Virus genome (UHGV): UHGV-1370948 | Length of the DNA: 64,000 nucleotides | Direction: 5' to 3' (one strand) | Source: a virus | Shown: in pieces, positions 30,842-40,586 of the stretch | Layout of the letters: each line of letters opens with the position of its first letter | How positions within the stretch are numbered: position 1 is the stretch's first letter | Notes under the pieces: generated by a model | Database searches by the model: none | What the model saw: the letters and a program-made list of their open reading frames with translations, nothing else | What the model was told of the DNA's origin: nothing | Made by a program: the position numbers and the translations under genes

Positions 30842-33210
30842 AGGCATTAATGGTACGCACCGATTTTTCTCTTGGTGAATCGGCGCTGAAAGCAAGCCGC
30901 GTAGCGAAGGCTGCGAAAGAGTTAGGTTATTCAGCCATTATCAGCGCAGACACAATGAGTCTGGCTTCAATCATCCCGCTGCAGCAGTCGGCTGGTGATG
31001 ACCTGGCTGTTATTTGCGGCGTCCGTCTGGTCATTAGTGACAATCCGCTTTATGAAGGCATGGTCAGAAAAGCCAAAGAGGAAGGTACAGAGATTCCGGT
31101 ATGCAAGCCTGGTCGTCTGTACAGCTTCACAGCGTTGATAAAGAACGATGAAGGGTATAAAGATCTGTGTGAGCTGATGACGTTGGGCAACCGCCGCGAA
31201 CAGTTTTACTTTTTCCCGCGCATCTCGTTGGAGCAGCTGGCCGAAACGTATTCAAAGGGCAACATCCTTCTACTGACGTCTGATCGCGATAGCATATTTC
31301 ATCGGCAGGACTTCGTTAAAATCCTGACTAAATTGCTGGAGGTTGGTGGGCGTGGCAACTTCTACAGCGTTGTGTATCCGATTGCTACGCCTCTCTACGA
31401 TCAGTTGAACATGAAGGCGATGAAGGTGGCTAATGCGCTTAAAATCGCCCCTGTTGCGTTCTATCCAGCTTATTACGAGAAAGAAGAGGACGCAGACCTG
31501 CGCGACATTGCGCATATGGTTATCAATAACATCAAAACGGATCAGCCATATCGTTTTCACATCCCACACCAGCGCGACAACTCAATCCAGAACCGCAAGC
31601 ATTTGCTGGTTCGCTTGATGGAATTCTCGAAACGCATGGGTATCGAGGGTATTAGTTCCGCGATGGTTAACGAGACTCAGGACGAAATCATTGCGGCGTG
31701 CAGCTGGCGCTGGCATGAGATGCCGGTCAGTCTGCCAGTTATGGCGGAAGATGAGGGTGATTCGTTGACGCGAATGGCGGCAGAAGGATTGAAGCGTCGT
31801 TTAACAACGCTTGAATTTGGTTGGAAGCCACCAGCAGAGCAGTATCAGGTTTACATCAACCGTTTACGTTATGAGTTGAGTGTTCTGAAAAAGCTGGGAT
31901 TTTGCGGCTACTTCCTGATGGTTGAAAATCTACTGTCATGGGCGCGTAAACAGGATATCCCGGTCGGGCCGGGTCGCGGATCGTCCGCCGGTTCACTTGT
32001 TGCGTGGGCGATTGGGATCACCAACATCGACCCGCTACGCCACGGTCTCCTGTTTGAGCGCTTCATCAACCCTGAACGTCTGGATTTGCCTGACGCGGAT
32101 CTGGACTTTAGCCAGGCGCTCCGCCCCCGCGTTCTCGAATATCTTGAAGAGCATTACGGCGAAAAATATGTGGCTGGCATTCCAAACTTCTCTTATCTGG
32201 GTATGGCGTCGGCACTACGTGACACGGCACGTATCTACGGCGTGTCTACCGAAGATATGGCGGTATCTAAGCAGTTGAAGCAATTCGATGATGAGGGATT
32301 ATCTCTTGAAGAGACTCGTGAGCAGCTGGGCGCCCTCGACAAATACGCGAAAGCAAACCCGGAAGCATTCGACGCCGCGTGCAAACTCCAGTCACTGATG
32401 CGCAGCTATGGTAAGCACGCCGCGGGTGTCATCGTTTCTGGCGTACCACTGACTGAGCGAACACCAGTTGAATTACGCAACGGGGTGCGCTGTATCGCGT
32501 TTGACAAGCGTTTCTGTGAATCTATGGGGCTTATCAAGCTGGACGTGTTAGGGCTGGCTACGCTCGATCTACTGGCTCTCGCTAAACGCTACATCAAAGA
32601 GAACGAGGGGATCGACGTTAACCTCGACGCAATCCCTCTCGATGATAAACGCGTCCTTGAGGGTATGGCGTTGGGTGAAACAACTGGCGTGTTCCAGTTC
32701 GAGTCTGGCGGCATGAGAAACCTGCTTAAAAACCTTGGAAGCGGCATCAAACCAATGTCGTTTGAAATGGCCGTCGCCACTACCGCGCTATATCGCCCAG
32801 GCCCAATGCAGTCCGGCATGATGGATACCTACGTCAGCGTTGCGCGTGGTTATGAGGACGCTCACTCACTTCACCCAAGCCTTGACGAATTGACCAAAGA
32901 AACCAACGGGGTTTTGGTCTATCAGGAACAAATCATGAAAGCGTCGCAGATCCTCGCCGGCTTCTCTCTGTCGGAAGCAGATATGGTAAGGAAGGCGATT
33001 GGTAAAAAAGACATCGAGAAGATGAAAAAGATTGGTGCCGACTTTTCAGATCGTGCGCAGCTTGGTTGGTTGGAAGTCCAGACTGACGACGGCCAGATTG
33101 TCACTGTTCATCGCGCCGCGCTTCATCCGTGCTCTGATGGTAAGAAGCGCACTGTCGAGCAAGCCATGAAAGAAGATGCCGACATTATTGAATTTGACAC
33201 CTCTAAGTAA
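30838..33210 (+). CDS. dnaE: DNA polymerase III alpha (DnaE-type) N-terminal part: PHP + palm/thumb
   Basis: GPGRGSSAGSLVAWAIGIT and catalytic LPDADLDF motifs. Confidence 0.85.
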   Translation: MKALMVRTDFSLGESALKASRVAKAAKELGYSAIISADTMSLASIIPLQQSAGDDLAVICGVRLVISDNPLYEGMVRKAKEEGTEIPVCKPGRLYSFTALIKNDEGYKDLCELMTLGNRREQFYFFPRISLEQLAETYSKGNILLLTSDRDSIFHRQDFVKILTKLLEVGGRGNFYSVVYPIATPLYDQLNMKAMKVANALKIAPVAFYPAYYEKEEDADLRDIAHMVINNIKTDQPYRFHIPHQRDNSIQNRKHLLVRLMEFSKRMGIEGISSAMVNETQDEIIAACSWRWHEMPVSLPVMAEDEGDSLTRMAAEGLKRRLTTLEFGWKPPAEQYQVYINRLRYELSVLKKLGFCGYFLMVENLLSWARKQDIPVGPGRGSSAGSLVAWAIGITNIDPLRHGLLFERFINPERLDLPDADLDFSQALRPRVLEYLEEHYGEKYVAGIPNFSYLGMASALRDTARIYGVSTEDMAVSKQLKQFDDEGLSLEETREQLGALDKYAKANPEAFDAACKLQSLMRSYGKHAAGVIVSGVPLTERTPVELRNGVRCIAFDKRFCESMGLIKLDVLGLATLDLLALAKRYIKENEGIDVNLDAIPLDDKRVLEGMALGETTGVFQFESGGMRNLLKNLGSGIKPMSFEMAVATTALYRPGPMQSGMMDTYVSVARGYEDAHSLHPSLDELTKETNGVLVYQEQIMKASQILAGFSLSEADMVRKAIGKKDIEKMKKIGADFSDRAQLGWLEVQTDDGQIVTVHRAALHPCSDGKKRTVEQAMKEDADIIEFDTSK

Positions 33211-33280
33211 TAAGTAAAATGTGAAAACAAGTTGTTTTTTAGTTTCTGAAAACAACTTGTTTAATGACAAAGGAAAACAC

Positions 33281-34441
33281 ATGAAGATTACTAAAATCAT
33301 CTCAGAGAAGCCCGGACTCAGCGAATCAAAAGCAAAAGAGGTCTGGGATGCTTTCGAGAAATTCGGGTCGTATGGCTTTAACAAATCACACGCCGTGGCC
33401 TATACCGCAATCAGCTACCAGGCAATGTATCTGAAGACTCACCATCCGGCTGCATTCTTCGCCGCCGCACTGACAATTCAGGATGATGAAAAACACCGAG
33501 CTGTTGTAAAGGATGCACTGGCACGCGGCGTTATTGTGATGCCGCCAGACATCAATCTCTCAACTGACCGCATCGAAATAGTCGAACTGAAGGATGGCCG
33601 GGCGGCGCTATATGCCCCCTTCTCAGCTGTCAAAGGTTGTTCTGAAAAAGGCAGCTTAGCCATTATGCGTGCTCGCGAGCGTGTAGGTGGTAAGTTTGAG
33701 TCGCGAGCACAATTCAAGGAAGCGATAGAGGCCAGACTTTGCAATATCCGAGTTCAGGAGGCTCTGGAAGCCGTTGGTGCATTTGCCAGTATTGAGCCTG
33801 GCAGCGAACCGGCGATGGCAGAATCCCGCCGCAAGGCTCAATCAGAGCTGATGGGAAGCCTCATTATCGATGCGGTAAAAGTGAGTCGCCCGTTCGAGAT
33901 GAATCCGAAACGCCAGGCAGAAGTGTCGATGTTGATGGAAGAGCTGCGTAAAGAGGTCGGGGTGGGCGAAGATCTGGTTACTCCGCATATCGGCGTATCG
34001 CCAAAAATAATGATTATCCTCGACACAGCAAACGGCAACGATATCAGGACGGGGATCTTCATGGAGAACGGCTACGAAGATTTTAAGGCGAAAATGCTCG
34101 TTAATGGCGATCTGCGCATGAGCGAGGTGTACGTTACCGGCGTCATTAAGCAAGATAAGAAGTTGCCACTGTCCCGCGACGCAGAGAACACCTACATCGA
34201 GTTTATGAAGAAAGAGCTTGAGCTGGTTAAACCAACCTACGTCCTGACGTGTGGTCGCCTATCGGCCAGTCTCTTCAACGACAAAACCAAGGCAACGGAT
34301 TTGGTCGGACGTAAGGAATACTTTGGCGCAATGGACTTGACCGTGTTTTACGGATTCAATCCGGGCATACTTCACTTCAGACCGGAAGAAGGTGAGAAAT
34401 TGGAACTTATTATGGAAGACATTAAGGAAGCATTGTCATGA
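33281..34441 (+). CDS. dnaE: DNA polymerase III alpha (DnaE-type) C-terminal part: fingers/C-terminal domains
   Basis: FNKSHAVAYTAISYQAMYLKTHHPAAFFAA motif; own TIR AAAGGAAAACACATG at 33281. Confidence 0.8.
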   Translation: MKITKIISEKPGLSESKAKEVWDAFEKFGSYGFNKSHAVAYTAISYQAMYLKTHHPAAFFAAALTIQDDEKHRAVVKDALARGVIVMPPDINLSTDRIEIVELKDGRAALYAPFSAVKGCSEKGSLAIMRARERVGGKFESRAQFKEAIEARLCNIRVQEALEAVGAFASIEPGSEPAMAESRRKAQSELMGSLIIDAVKVSRPFEMNPKRQAEVSMLMEELRKEVGVGEDLVTPHIGVSPKIMIILDTANGNDIRTGIFMENGYEDFKAKMLVNGDLRMSEVYVTGVIKQDKKLPLSRDAENTYIEFMKKELELVKPTYVLTCGRLSASLFNDKTKATDLVGRKEYFGAMDLTVFYGFNPGILHFRPEEGEKLELIMEDIKEALS

Positions 34442-34860
34442 GCGAGGTTACAGTGTCACAGGAGTATATCGATAAGGCAATTATCGCTCTAAATAAGTCA
34501 GCATTCTGGGAGTTCGCAGACTGTCCCGTCACCATTCGTCTCGCTATGCGGCAGGCGGAGCTTGATGGGCGCCGAGCGAATAGCGCAGCACGTAGCGCAG
34601 CAAAGATAATTCTGAAGCGCGTGCGCGACCCGATGGTTCGAGATTATGTCGCTGTGATAGCTAAATCAAGCAATGTCAAAAAACACCTTGCTGAGTTTGA
34701 GGCTTATCGAGACCGACTGATATCAAAGGTTGCGGAGGAATTTGTCGAGGTAGGTAAAGCGGCCAGCGTCAAAGACTACCGTCTCCAGCGTGCTCAGCGT
34801 ATAGCCATTACCGGGCGGGGAGTCGGAAAAAGAACGCTGGCAGAAATGTACGTAGCCTAA
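34438..34860 (+). CDS. hypothetical protein
   Basis: 140-aa ORF, ATGA coupling. Confidence 0.4.
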   Translation: MSEVTVSQEYIDKAIIALNKSAFWEFADCPVTIRLAMRQAELDGRRANSAARSAAKIILKRVRDPMVRDYVAVIAKSSNVKKHLAEFEAYRDRLISKVAEEFVEVGKAASVKDYRLQRAQRIAITGRGVGKRTLAEMYVA

Positions 34861-34905
34861 TTGTTCGTGTTAATATTTAAGCTCAAAGATAAGTAAGGAT
34901 TTACT

Positions 34906-35070
34906 ATGGATTTAACCATTCCAATGTTCGTTTTAGCCTACTTAATCGCTGGCATCGGTTTCGCGAAAATCTGGTCTGAAGCGGCGAGTTGCGGTGATGT
35001 TGAGCTGAAGATAATCGGCTGCATCTTCTGGCCGATTGGACTGTTTGTTAGCGCTTTCTGGAGCTGGTAA
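34906..35070 (+). CDS. small membrane protein (54 aa) not in ORF track
   Basis: MDLTIPMFVLAYLIAGIGF..IIGCIFWPIGLFVSAFWSW; two TM-like segments; TAATG overlap with next gene. Confidence 0.35.
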   Translation: MDLTIPMFVLAYLIAGIGFAKIWSEAASCGDVELKIIGCIFWPIGLFVSAFWSW

Positions 35071-35510
35071 TGGATAAGGCGATCATCAAAGAAGTGATGG
35101 ATGACATCAGGCTTGATACGCATGATTTGGACGCTGTCTGGCGTCGTCAGCCGGAGCTTGTCGCCATTTATGGTTTTAAACAGGTTGAGGCTGAAAGCGC
35201 CGCGAATGCTGCAAAGCGAGATTTAGAATCCATCGAAGCACGTCTCTATTCGACGACGCGTGCCGGTCTGAGTTTCGACGGTGTGAAGATCAGCGAATCG
35301 ACGATTGAAGCCAAAATAAAGTCGTCTCCGGCGTATCTTTCGGCTCGCCAAAAGTACGATGACGCGAAGTATCTCGCTGAGTTTTACAAGCAGGTTGTAA
35401 ACGCACTCGGACACCGTCGAGACATGATCGTTCAGGCGTCTAAAAAGGCAATTTCCGAATACGAAAGAACAGGTGTTGAACGATTCAACGCCCCTAAAAA
35501 TGTATCTTGA
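35070..35510 (+). CDS. hypothetical protein
   Basis: 146-aa ORF. Confidence 0.4.
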   Translation: MDKAIIKEVMDDIRLDTHDLDAVWRRQPELVAIYGFKQVEAESAANAAKRDLESIEARLYSTTRAGLSFDGVKISESTIEAKIKSSPAYLSARQKYDDAKYLAEFYKQVVNALGHRRDMIVQASKKAISEYERTGVERFNAPKNVS

Positions 35511-35576
35511 TAATAAGTGATCGCTTATCTATCATAACCAAGTGCAATAAAAGCCATTAACAATAAAGGAAAACAC

Positions 35577-36554
35577 ATGTCCGCTTTAATGAACCTTCTG
35601 AAGAAAAGCCAAGAAGTTGCGAAAAACGCACGCGGCAATCGCGGGAACGATCTGCAAAAGATGCAACCAGGCGAAAACTACGTTCGCATCATCCTGAACA
35701 AAGACGACCCTGACAATATTCCATTCTCCCACAAGTACGGCATTCACTATGCCAAATCTAAAGGCGAAGATGGGAAGGACGTATACAGCGCTCATCTGTG
35801 CTTTCAGCATACCCATGATAAGCCGTGCGAAATGTGCGAAATGGTTATGGAAGCTAAAGCGAAGTACAAAGGCAACAAAGCCATGGAAAAAGTCATTGAC
35901 GATATGCGTGCCTCTCCGCGCATGGCTGTTGTCGGCATGTGGTCTCAGAAAGAAGACTTCAGCGACACCGACAAGACTTCTCTCATCGATATGCCTATGT
36001 CCGTGTTTGACGACCTGATGGACGCCATTATGCAGGATATGAACGATGAGATCGGCGAGCCGCTGAGCCGCGAAAAAGGTTACGCGTATCAAATTACTCG
36101 CACCGGCTCTGGTCTGGACACTGATTACAAAGTCAAACCGATGCGTAAAAACAAAACAGCCGTTCCGGCTAAGTTCTGGGATAACCAACCGTCTCTGGAA
36201 CAGTTTGTAAACCAGACCGATCCGACAAAACTGATGGCGACCTCCAAAATGATTGCTCGCGCGACCGGCATCGCACTGCCAGCGTCTATGGGTTCAAGCG
36301 CCGGCGCTCTGCCAACCCCAACCGGCAAAGCAGCTGCATCTCTTCCGGGCATGACCATTACCGGAGTTGATGACTCAACTGCCGAAGCCTCTTTGCTGGA
36401 TAAAGAAGTTGAATACGCGAAAGAAGCCGTATTCGAGCCAGAAGAGAAAGAGGTAAAAGAAGTAAAAGAAGCGCCAGCAAGCGAGCCAGCAGCTGAGCCG
36501 GAAAACGAAGATCTGGATGACATTTACGCGCAACTTAACGCGCTTTCAATGTAA
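35577..36554 (+). CDS. ssDNA-binding protein (T4 gp32-like zinc site, acidic C-tail)
   Basis: H-x-C..C-x-x-C cluster (HLCFQHTHDKPCEMCEM), acidic C-terminus EPENEDLDDIY. Confidence 0.45.
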   Translation: MSALMNLLKKSQEVAKNARGNRGNDLQKMQPGENYVRIILNKDDPDNIPFSHKYGIHYAKSKGEDGKDVYSAHLCFQHTHDKPCEMCEMVMEAKAKYKGNKAMEKVIDDMRASPRMAVVGMWSQKEDFSDTDKTSLIDMPMSVFDDLMDAIMQDMNDEIGEPLSREKGYAYQITRTGSGLDTDYKVKPMRKNKTAVPAKFWDNQPSLEQFVNQTDPTKLMATSKMIARATGIALPASMGSSAGALPTPTGKAAASLPGMTITGVDDSTAEASLLDKEVEYAKEAVFEPEEKEVKEVKEAPASEPAAEPENEDLDDIYAQLNALSM

Positions 36555-36572
36555 GCCAGCCGTTGATTTTAA

Positions 36573-36598
36573 AGGCGTCTTCGGACGCCTTATTTATT
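36573..36598 (+). terminator. rho-independent terminator
   Basis: aggcgtc-ttcg-gacgcct + T-rich. Confidence 0.6.
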
Positions 36599-36599
36599 C

Positions 36600-37577
36600 G
36601 TGGAGAACAATGCCGTGAACATTTTAATAATCGACGGAAATAGCCTCGGTTACTACCACCAGCAGCAACCAAAAAAACTCCATAGCGGCGATATGGAGAC
36701 CCACGCAGTGTTTGGTTTTATCACCAACATGCGCCGCTATGCTTCGCTTCTGAAGGCTCGACCAATAGTTCTGTGGGATGGTTTCAGCGATAAGCGTCGC
36801 GAGTTTTACCCGGACTACAAAGCCAATCGTGACGACAACGCAGAAATGAAACAGATGAAAGAAGGTTTTGCAGTCCAAAAGCCCTTCATCAAAAAAGCAA
36901 TCACCTCGCTGGGTGTTGATCAGATTACTGCAATCGACGGTGAAGCTGACGATTTGGCCGGAATTCTGAAGAAGCGTTATGTTGCGTCGAAAGACGTCGA
37001 GCACATCTACCTGTTAACCGCGGACTCCGACTGGATTCAGCTGGTTGACGAAAAGGTAACATGGGTCAGTTTGCGCGAGGATACTAAGCATAAGCGCATC
37101 AATATCGAGGCGTTCCCTGAGTTGACTGGCTACCCAACGCCACGCGGCTATCTGGAAGGTAAAGCGCTGCAGGGTGACAAGTCGGACAACATTCAGCAAG
37201 TCGGTGGCATTGGTGACAAAGGCGCGATGGATCTGATTAACGAGTATGGCTCCATTGTTACGCTGGTTAAGGGGATTTGCGATGGATCTATTGTCATGGA
37301 CAAAGGTCGCAACAAAACGGCAGTGAATAACCTGGCAAAGAACGCTTTCAATGAGAAAACCGGCTGTCGGATGCTTGAAGCGTTTATGCGGAATATTAAG
37401 TTGATGGATCTCATCGACACCAAATTCGCCCCGGAGAAGCTGGAGATTATTCGCGGTGAGCAAAGTCTGGAAGCATTTAAGCAAATCTGTATGCAGTTAA
37501 ATTTCCAGTCAATCCTCAGCGATCTGGATGTTTTTGTCGTGCCGTTCGTTAAGCGCTGCGGGTTGGTGGCTGAATGA
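36600..37577 (+). CDS. 5'-3' exonuclease / flap endonuclease (FEN, T5 D15-like)
   Basis: ILIIDGNSLGY N-terminal motif and GDKSDNI helix-hairpin-helix motif; GTG start. Confidence 0.8.
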   Translation: MENNAVNILIIDGNSLGYYHQQQPKKLHSGDMETHAVFGFITNMRRYASLLKARPIVLWDGFSDKRREFYPDYKANRDDNAEMKQMKEGFAVQKPFIKKAITSLGVDQITAIDGEADDLAGILKKRYVASKDVEHIYLLTADSDWIQLVDEKVTWVSLREDTKHKRINIEAFPELTGYPTPRGYLEGKALQGDKSDNIQQVGGIGDKGAMDLINEYGSIVTLVKGICDGSIVMDKGRNKTAVNNLAKNAFNEKTGCRMLEAFMRNIKLMDLIDTKFAPEKLEIIRGEQSLEAFKQICMQLNFQSILSDLDVFVVPFVKRCGLVAE

Positions 37578-37834
37578 TTGCGTCAATTATTACTGGAAAA
37601 TCCACTACGCCGACCGCGCTGGCGAAGGAGTTAGTCTTCACCTATGGCGAGTATGTCGTGTCTGATTTTAACGCGTGCATCGTCGGTCACAAAATCGCTC
37701 TGACAGCGCGTGAAGTAGATATCGTGAAAGGCCATATTCTCACCATCATTGAGCGATCCGCAAAAATGATGAACTGCGACACCATCACATTTAACCGTGA
37801 ACAAGCCGAAAAAGAAATCGGCTTAACTAAATAA
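37574..37834 (+). CDS. hypothetical protein
   Basis: 86-aa ORF. Confidence 0.35.
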   Translation: MIASIITGKSTTPTALAKELVFTYGEYVVSDFNACIVGHKIALTAREVDIVKGHILTIIERSAKMMNCDTITFNREQAEKEIGLTK

Positions 37835-37850
37835 AACCAAAGGAAAACAC

Positions 37851-38918
37851 ATGAAAAAGTCACCATTAGCAGTAGCCATGAAAAAACGTATCGGCGGAAA
37901 TGATGAGATCCAGAAAGTCGAGCAATGGCTGGACACCGGTTTTCCCCCGTTAAACGAAGCCGTTTCTGGTGATCTGGAAGGCGGTCTTCCTTGTGGGCGT
38001 ATTGTGGAGATTTTTGGACCTCCGTCTGCAGGCAAAACTTTCCTCGCAACCCGCGCGATGATTGCAGCGCAGAAGGTCGGAGGTATCGCCGTATTCCTCG
38101 ATCATGAAAACAGTTTTGACGTTGGTCTGGCTGAAGTTATGGGACTTCAATCTGATGAAGATGAAGGTAATTGGGTCTATAAGCAGCCTGACACCTTTGA
38201 GGATGCCATCGACTTGACCGGGCAAATCTTGTCTCTGGTTCGCAAGGAGAGTCTGATCCCAGCTGAAGCGCCCATCGTCATTGTCTATGACTCGCTGGCC
38301 TCAATGGTTCCGCGCCAGAAGTTCGAGAAGTTCGAGAAGATGGCGGATGGCACGGCCAAAGAGAAAGACGAGCTGAATATGAACGACAACACGGCACTGG
38401 CTCGCGCGACTTCGGCAAATCTCCCAACGCTGGCTAAGTGGGCGCAGAAGTACAATGCCTGCCTCATTTTCCTGAACCAGGTTCGTACAAAAATGGGCGT
38501 CATGTTCGGAGACCCTACCACTTCACCAGGCGGCGACTCCCCGAAATTCTACGCTTCCGTCCGCATCAAGCTGGGTGGCGGTCAGTTGAAAGAAGGCGGC
38601 GATCGTGTTGGTCAGCTGGTTAAAGCAGAGTGCGTCAAAAACAAGGTGGCGCCACCGTTCCAGAAATGTGAATGGAACTTCTACTTCGACCCTTCGCGTG
38701 GTCTGGACGTCGTAGAATCGCTTGTAGAGTACATGCTTGATAAGGGATACATTCCGAAGACGTCCACCGGGCGCATCGAGATTGGCGACAAGAAGTATAC
38801 AAAGTCCCAGATCGTCGATATGTACCGCGAGAAGGATTTGAGCGAAATCGTGAAGGCTATTAAGTCGATTCAGGCGAAGATGAAGTCAAAGGACGAATTA
38901 GAGCCAGCTGACGCGTAA
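37851..38918 (+). CDS. RecA-family recombinase
   Basis: EIFGPPSAGKTFLATRAMIAAQK matches RecA Walker A region. Confidence 0.7.
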   Translation: MKKSPLAVAMKKRIGGNDEIQKVEQWLDTGFPPLNEAVSGDLEGGLPCGRIVEIFGPPSAGKTFLATRAMIAAQKVGGIAVFLDHENSFDVGLAEVMGLQSDEDEGNWVYKQPDTFEDAIDLTGQILSLVRKESLIPAEAPIVIVYDSLASMVPRQKFEKFEKMADGTAKEKDELNMNDNTALARATSANLPTLAKWAQKYNACLIFLNQVRTKMGVMFGDPTTSPGGDSPKFYASVRIKLGGGQLKEGGDRVGQLVKAECVKNKVAPPFQKCEWNFYFDPSRGLDVVESLVEYMLDKGYIPKTSTGRIEIGDKKYTKSQIVDMYREKDLSEIVKAIKSIQAKMKSKDELEPADA

Positions 38919-38935
38919 ATCACCAGAGAGCGACC

Positions 38936-39661
38936 TCAGTCGCTCTCTTTACTTCCCTTTCTAACACCAACTTTAGAGAAATGACCATACATTGCGCCAA
39001 GGCTGGCAAATGGAAATTTTTCGCCCATTTGAGACCGAATGTCCTTGCCTGTATATTCGCCAGATGCCCACATATCAGTACATACAGCTCTAAGTTGAAC
39101 ACGAGGATTTACCGGTTTCGGTTTAGGGGGCTTCTCACGAGGTTTTCTCGGATGCTCAGGTACGATGCCATTTTTCTTAAACCAGCGTCTAAGTGCGCCG
39201 ACGTTTTTCATACCTAACTCGGGAGAGAGTTCATCAAAGATTTGTCGGGTTGTGTGCTGGCCGGCTTTCCTTAATTCCACGGCTCTTTCTCTCAAAATTG
39301 CTCGCGGATTCTTCGGAGCGTCGGTCGACTCCGAGTTTCTTACGTATCCATTTTGCCGGAACCAGAAAAGAAGAGATTCCTTGCGCTGTATACCCAGACG
39401 GCCTTTAAACATTTCAAGTAATTCGGGGGCGCTATACAGACCTGAAATCCATAACTCGGCAGCTTTATGCCTGTTTTCATTAATTTTTTCTTTGGACTTG
39501 GAGCCTCGGATCGTGCCTTGTGATGAAAGCCAATGAACGAGTTCAGCTGAAGAACTCATGCCCATTCGTTTTCCTAACACCATAAGGATCATGTCAGCAT
39601 CAAAGGCCCCATTCTCCCATAGCTCAATGGCTTTTAACCCCGCCAACTCTCTGTCTGTCAT
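38936..39661 (-). CDS. DNA-binding protein built of four ~45-aa helix-turn-helix-like repeats
   Basis: Internal repeats LW.SG.YS..EL...F..RLG....SL..WF..NG.V x4; one of only three minus-strand genes. Confidence 0.4.
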   Translation of the reverse strand: MTDRELAGLKAIELWENGAFDADMILMVLGKRMGMSSSAELVHWLSSQGTIRGSKSKEKINENRHKAAELWISGLYSAPELLEMFKGRLGIQRKESLLFWFRQNGYVRNSESTDAPKNPRAILRERAVELRKAGQHTTRQIFDELSPELGMKNVGALRRWFKKNGIVPEHPRKPREKPPKPKPVNPRVQLRAVCTDMWASGEYTGKDIRSQMGEKFPFASLGAMYGHFSKVGVRKGSKESD

Positions 39662-39783
39662 TCGTCTTCCCGGCCGTTAAAACGATCATGGTATGCAGGA
39701 TAAAAACAGGGTTCAACATGTTTTGCTTGATGATAAGTAAGCGCTTATCTATTATGTGTAAGCTTTTCAACAAGAGAAAACAC

Positions 39784-39996
39784 ATGACCACAAAACTGTA
39801 TTTGAAAATCTGCGTCACGATCGGGTTTGCGATGACGATGGTAGGGTTAGTTATCCCCTATCTCATCTCTCAAAAAAGCGACATCACTGTCCTGATTGGC
39901 TTCGTGCTGATGTTCGCAACCCCCTTCGCTTCCTATAAAGCGGCTAAAAGCATTATCCATCAACTAATTCTCTTCACGGCACATTCACAGAGGTAA
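39784..39996 (+). CDS. small membrane protein
   Basis: Two TM segments; consensus TIR at 39784. Confidence 0.35.
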   Translation: MTTKLYLKICVTIGFAMTMVGLVIPYLISQKSDITVLIGFVLMFATPFASYKAAKSIIHQLILFTAHSQR

Positions 39997-40120
39997 AAAA
40001 CAGTGACATTGCAGAGTAATAGGTAAGTAGAAAGATAATTCTGTGACCGCGTAACATTTTTGATTCACCTCAATTAAGAACATAAGATAACAACTTGTTT
40101 ATTACAACAAAGGAAAACAC

Positions 40121-40393
40121 ATGAAAGCCTTATTACACGTCCACGCTTCACTGAACTCTTCGTACTCCCCCTATTCCATTCTGGAATTTCCTGAAGGGAC
40201 GGACGAAGATCAGCTTCAATCCTTGGCCATTAAATTTCTTCCGTCTCTTTACGGTGACGAGGAAACCGTTTTCGTTGACGAGGACGGTGTTTGCTGGAAC
40301 AACGGAGAGTGTTGGTATATCGAGGACTTACGTCTCATTAGTGAAGAAGACGCGGCGCACTTGACCCGTATTCTGGGCATTTCCACGCTCTAA
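40121..40393 (+). CDS. hypothetical acidic protein
   Basis: 90 aa, consensus TIR. Confidence 0.4.
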   Translation: MKALLHVHASLNSSYSPYSILEFPEGTDEDQLQSLAIKFLPSLYGDEETVFVDEDGVCWNNGECWYIEDLRLISEEDAAHLTRILGISTL

Positions 40394-40427
40394 ATAATAA
40401 GTAGACATTTATTTAATGAGGTGTAAT

Positions 40428-40586
40428 ATGCCGCTCCTGTATTTGACCACGTCGATTTTTCTGCTCTTTGATAGTGTTTTTGTTGGGAGTTTTCGCAAAG
40501 CACTGGCTCCCGTGAATGGTCGGATCATAGACGTACTCGTGGGCGTTTTTCTGGCCATCGCTTTAGGGAAGTGCTTCGCATCATGA
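40428..40586 (+). CDS. small membrane protein (52 aa) not in ORF track
   Basis: MPLLYLTTSIFLLFDSVFVG..VLVGVFLAIALGKCFAS; ATGA overlap with next gene. Confidence 0.3.
   Translation: MPLLYLTTSIFLLFDSVFVGSFRKALAPVNGRIIDVLVGVFLAIALGKCFAS

Noticed and set aside
33211-33280. The dnaE split as a sequencing frameshift or pseudogene
   Set aside because: Part 1 ends in TAA, followed by a 70-nt spacer with two regulatory palindromes and the genome-wide consensus TIR before part 2. The structure looks like two deliberate genes, though resequencing would settle it.
35586-36188. 200-aa minus-strand ORF inside the SSB-like gene. Similar long antisense ORFs occur at 51258..52100 within nrdB and 21758..22426 within hsdR.
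   Set aside because: These ORFs are fully embedded antisense to genes with strong homology-based support. They have no RBS or motif, are His/Arg-rich, and are typical spurious frames of GC-balanced coding DNA.
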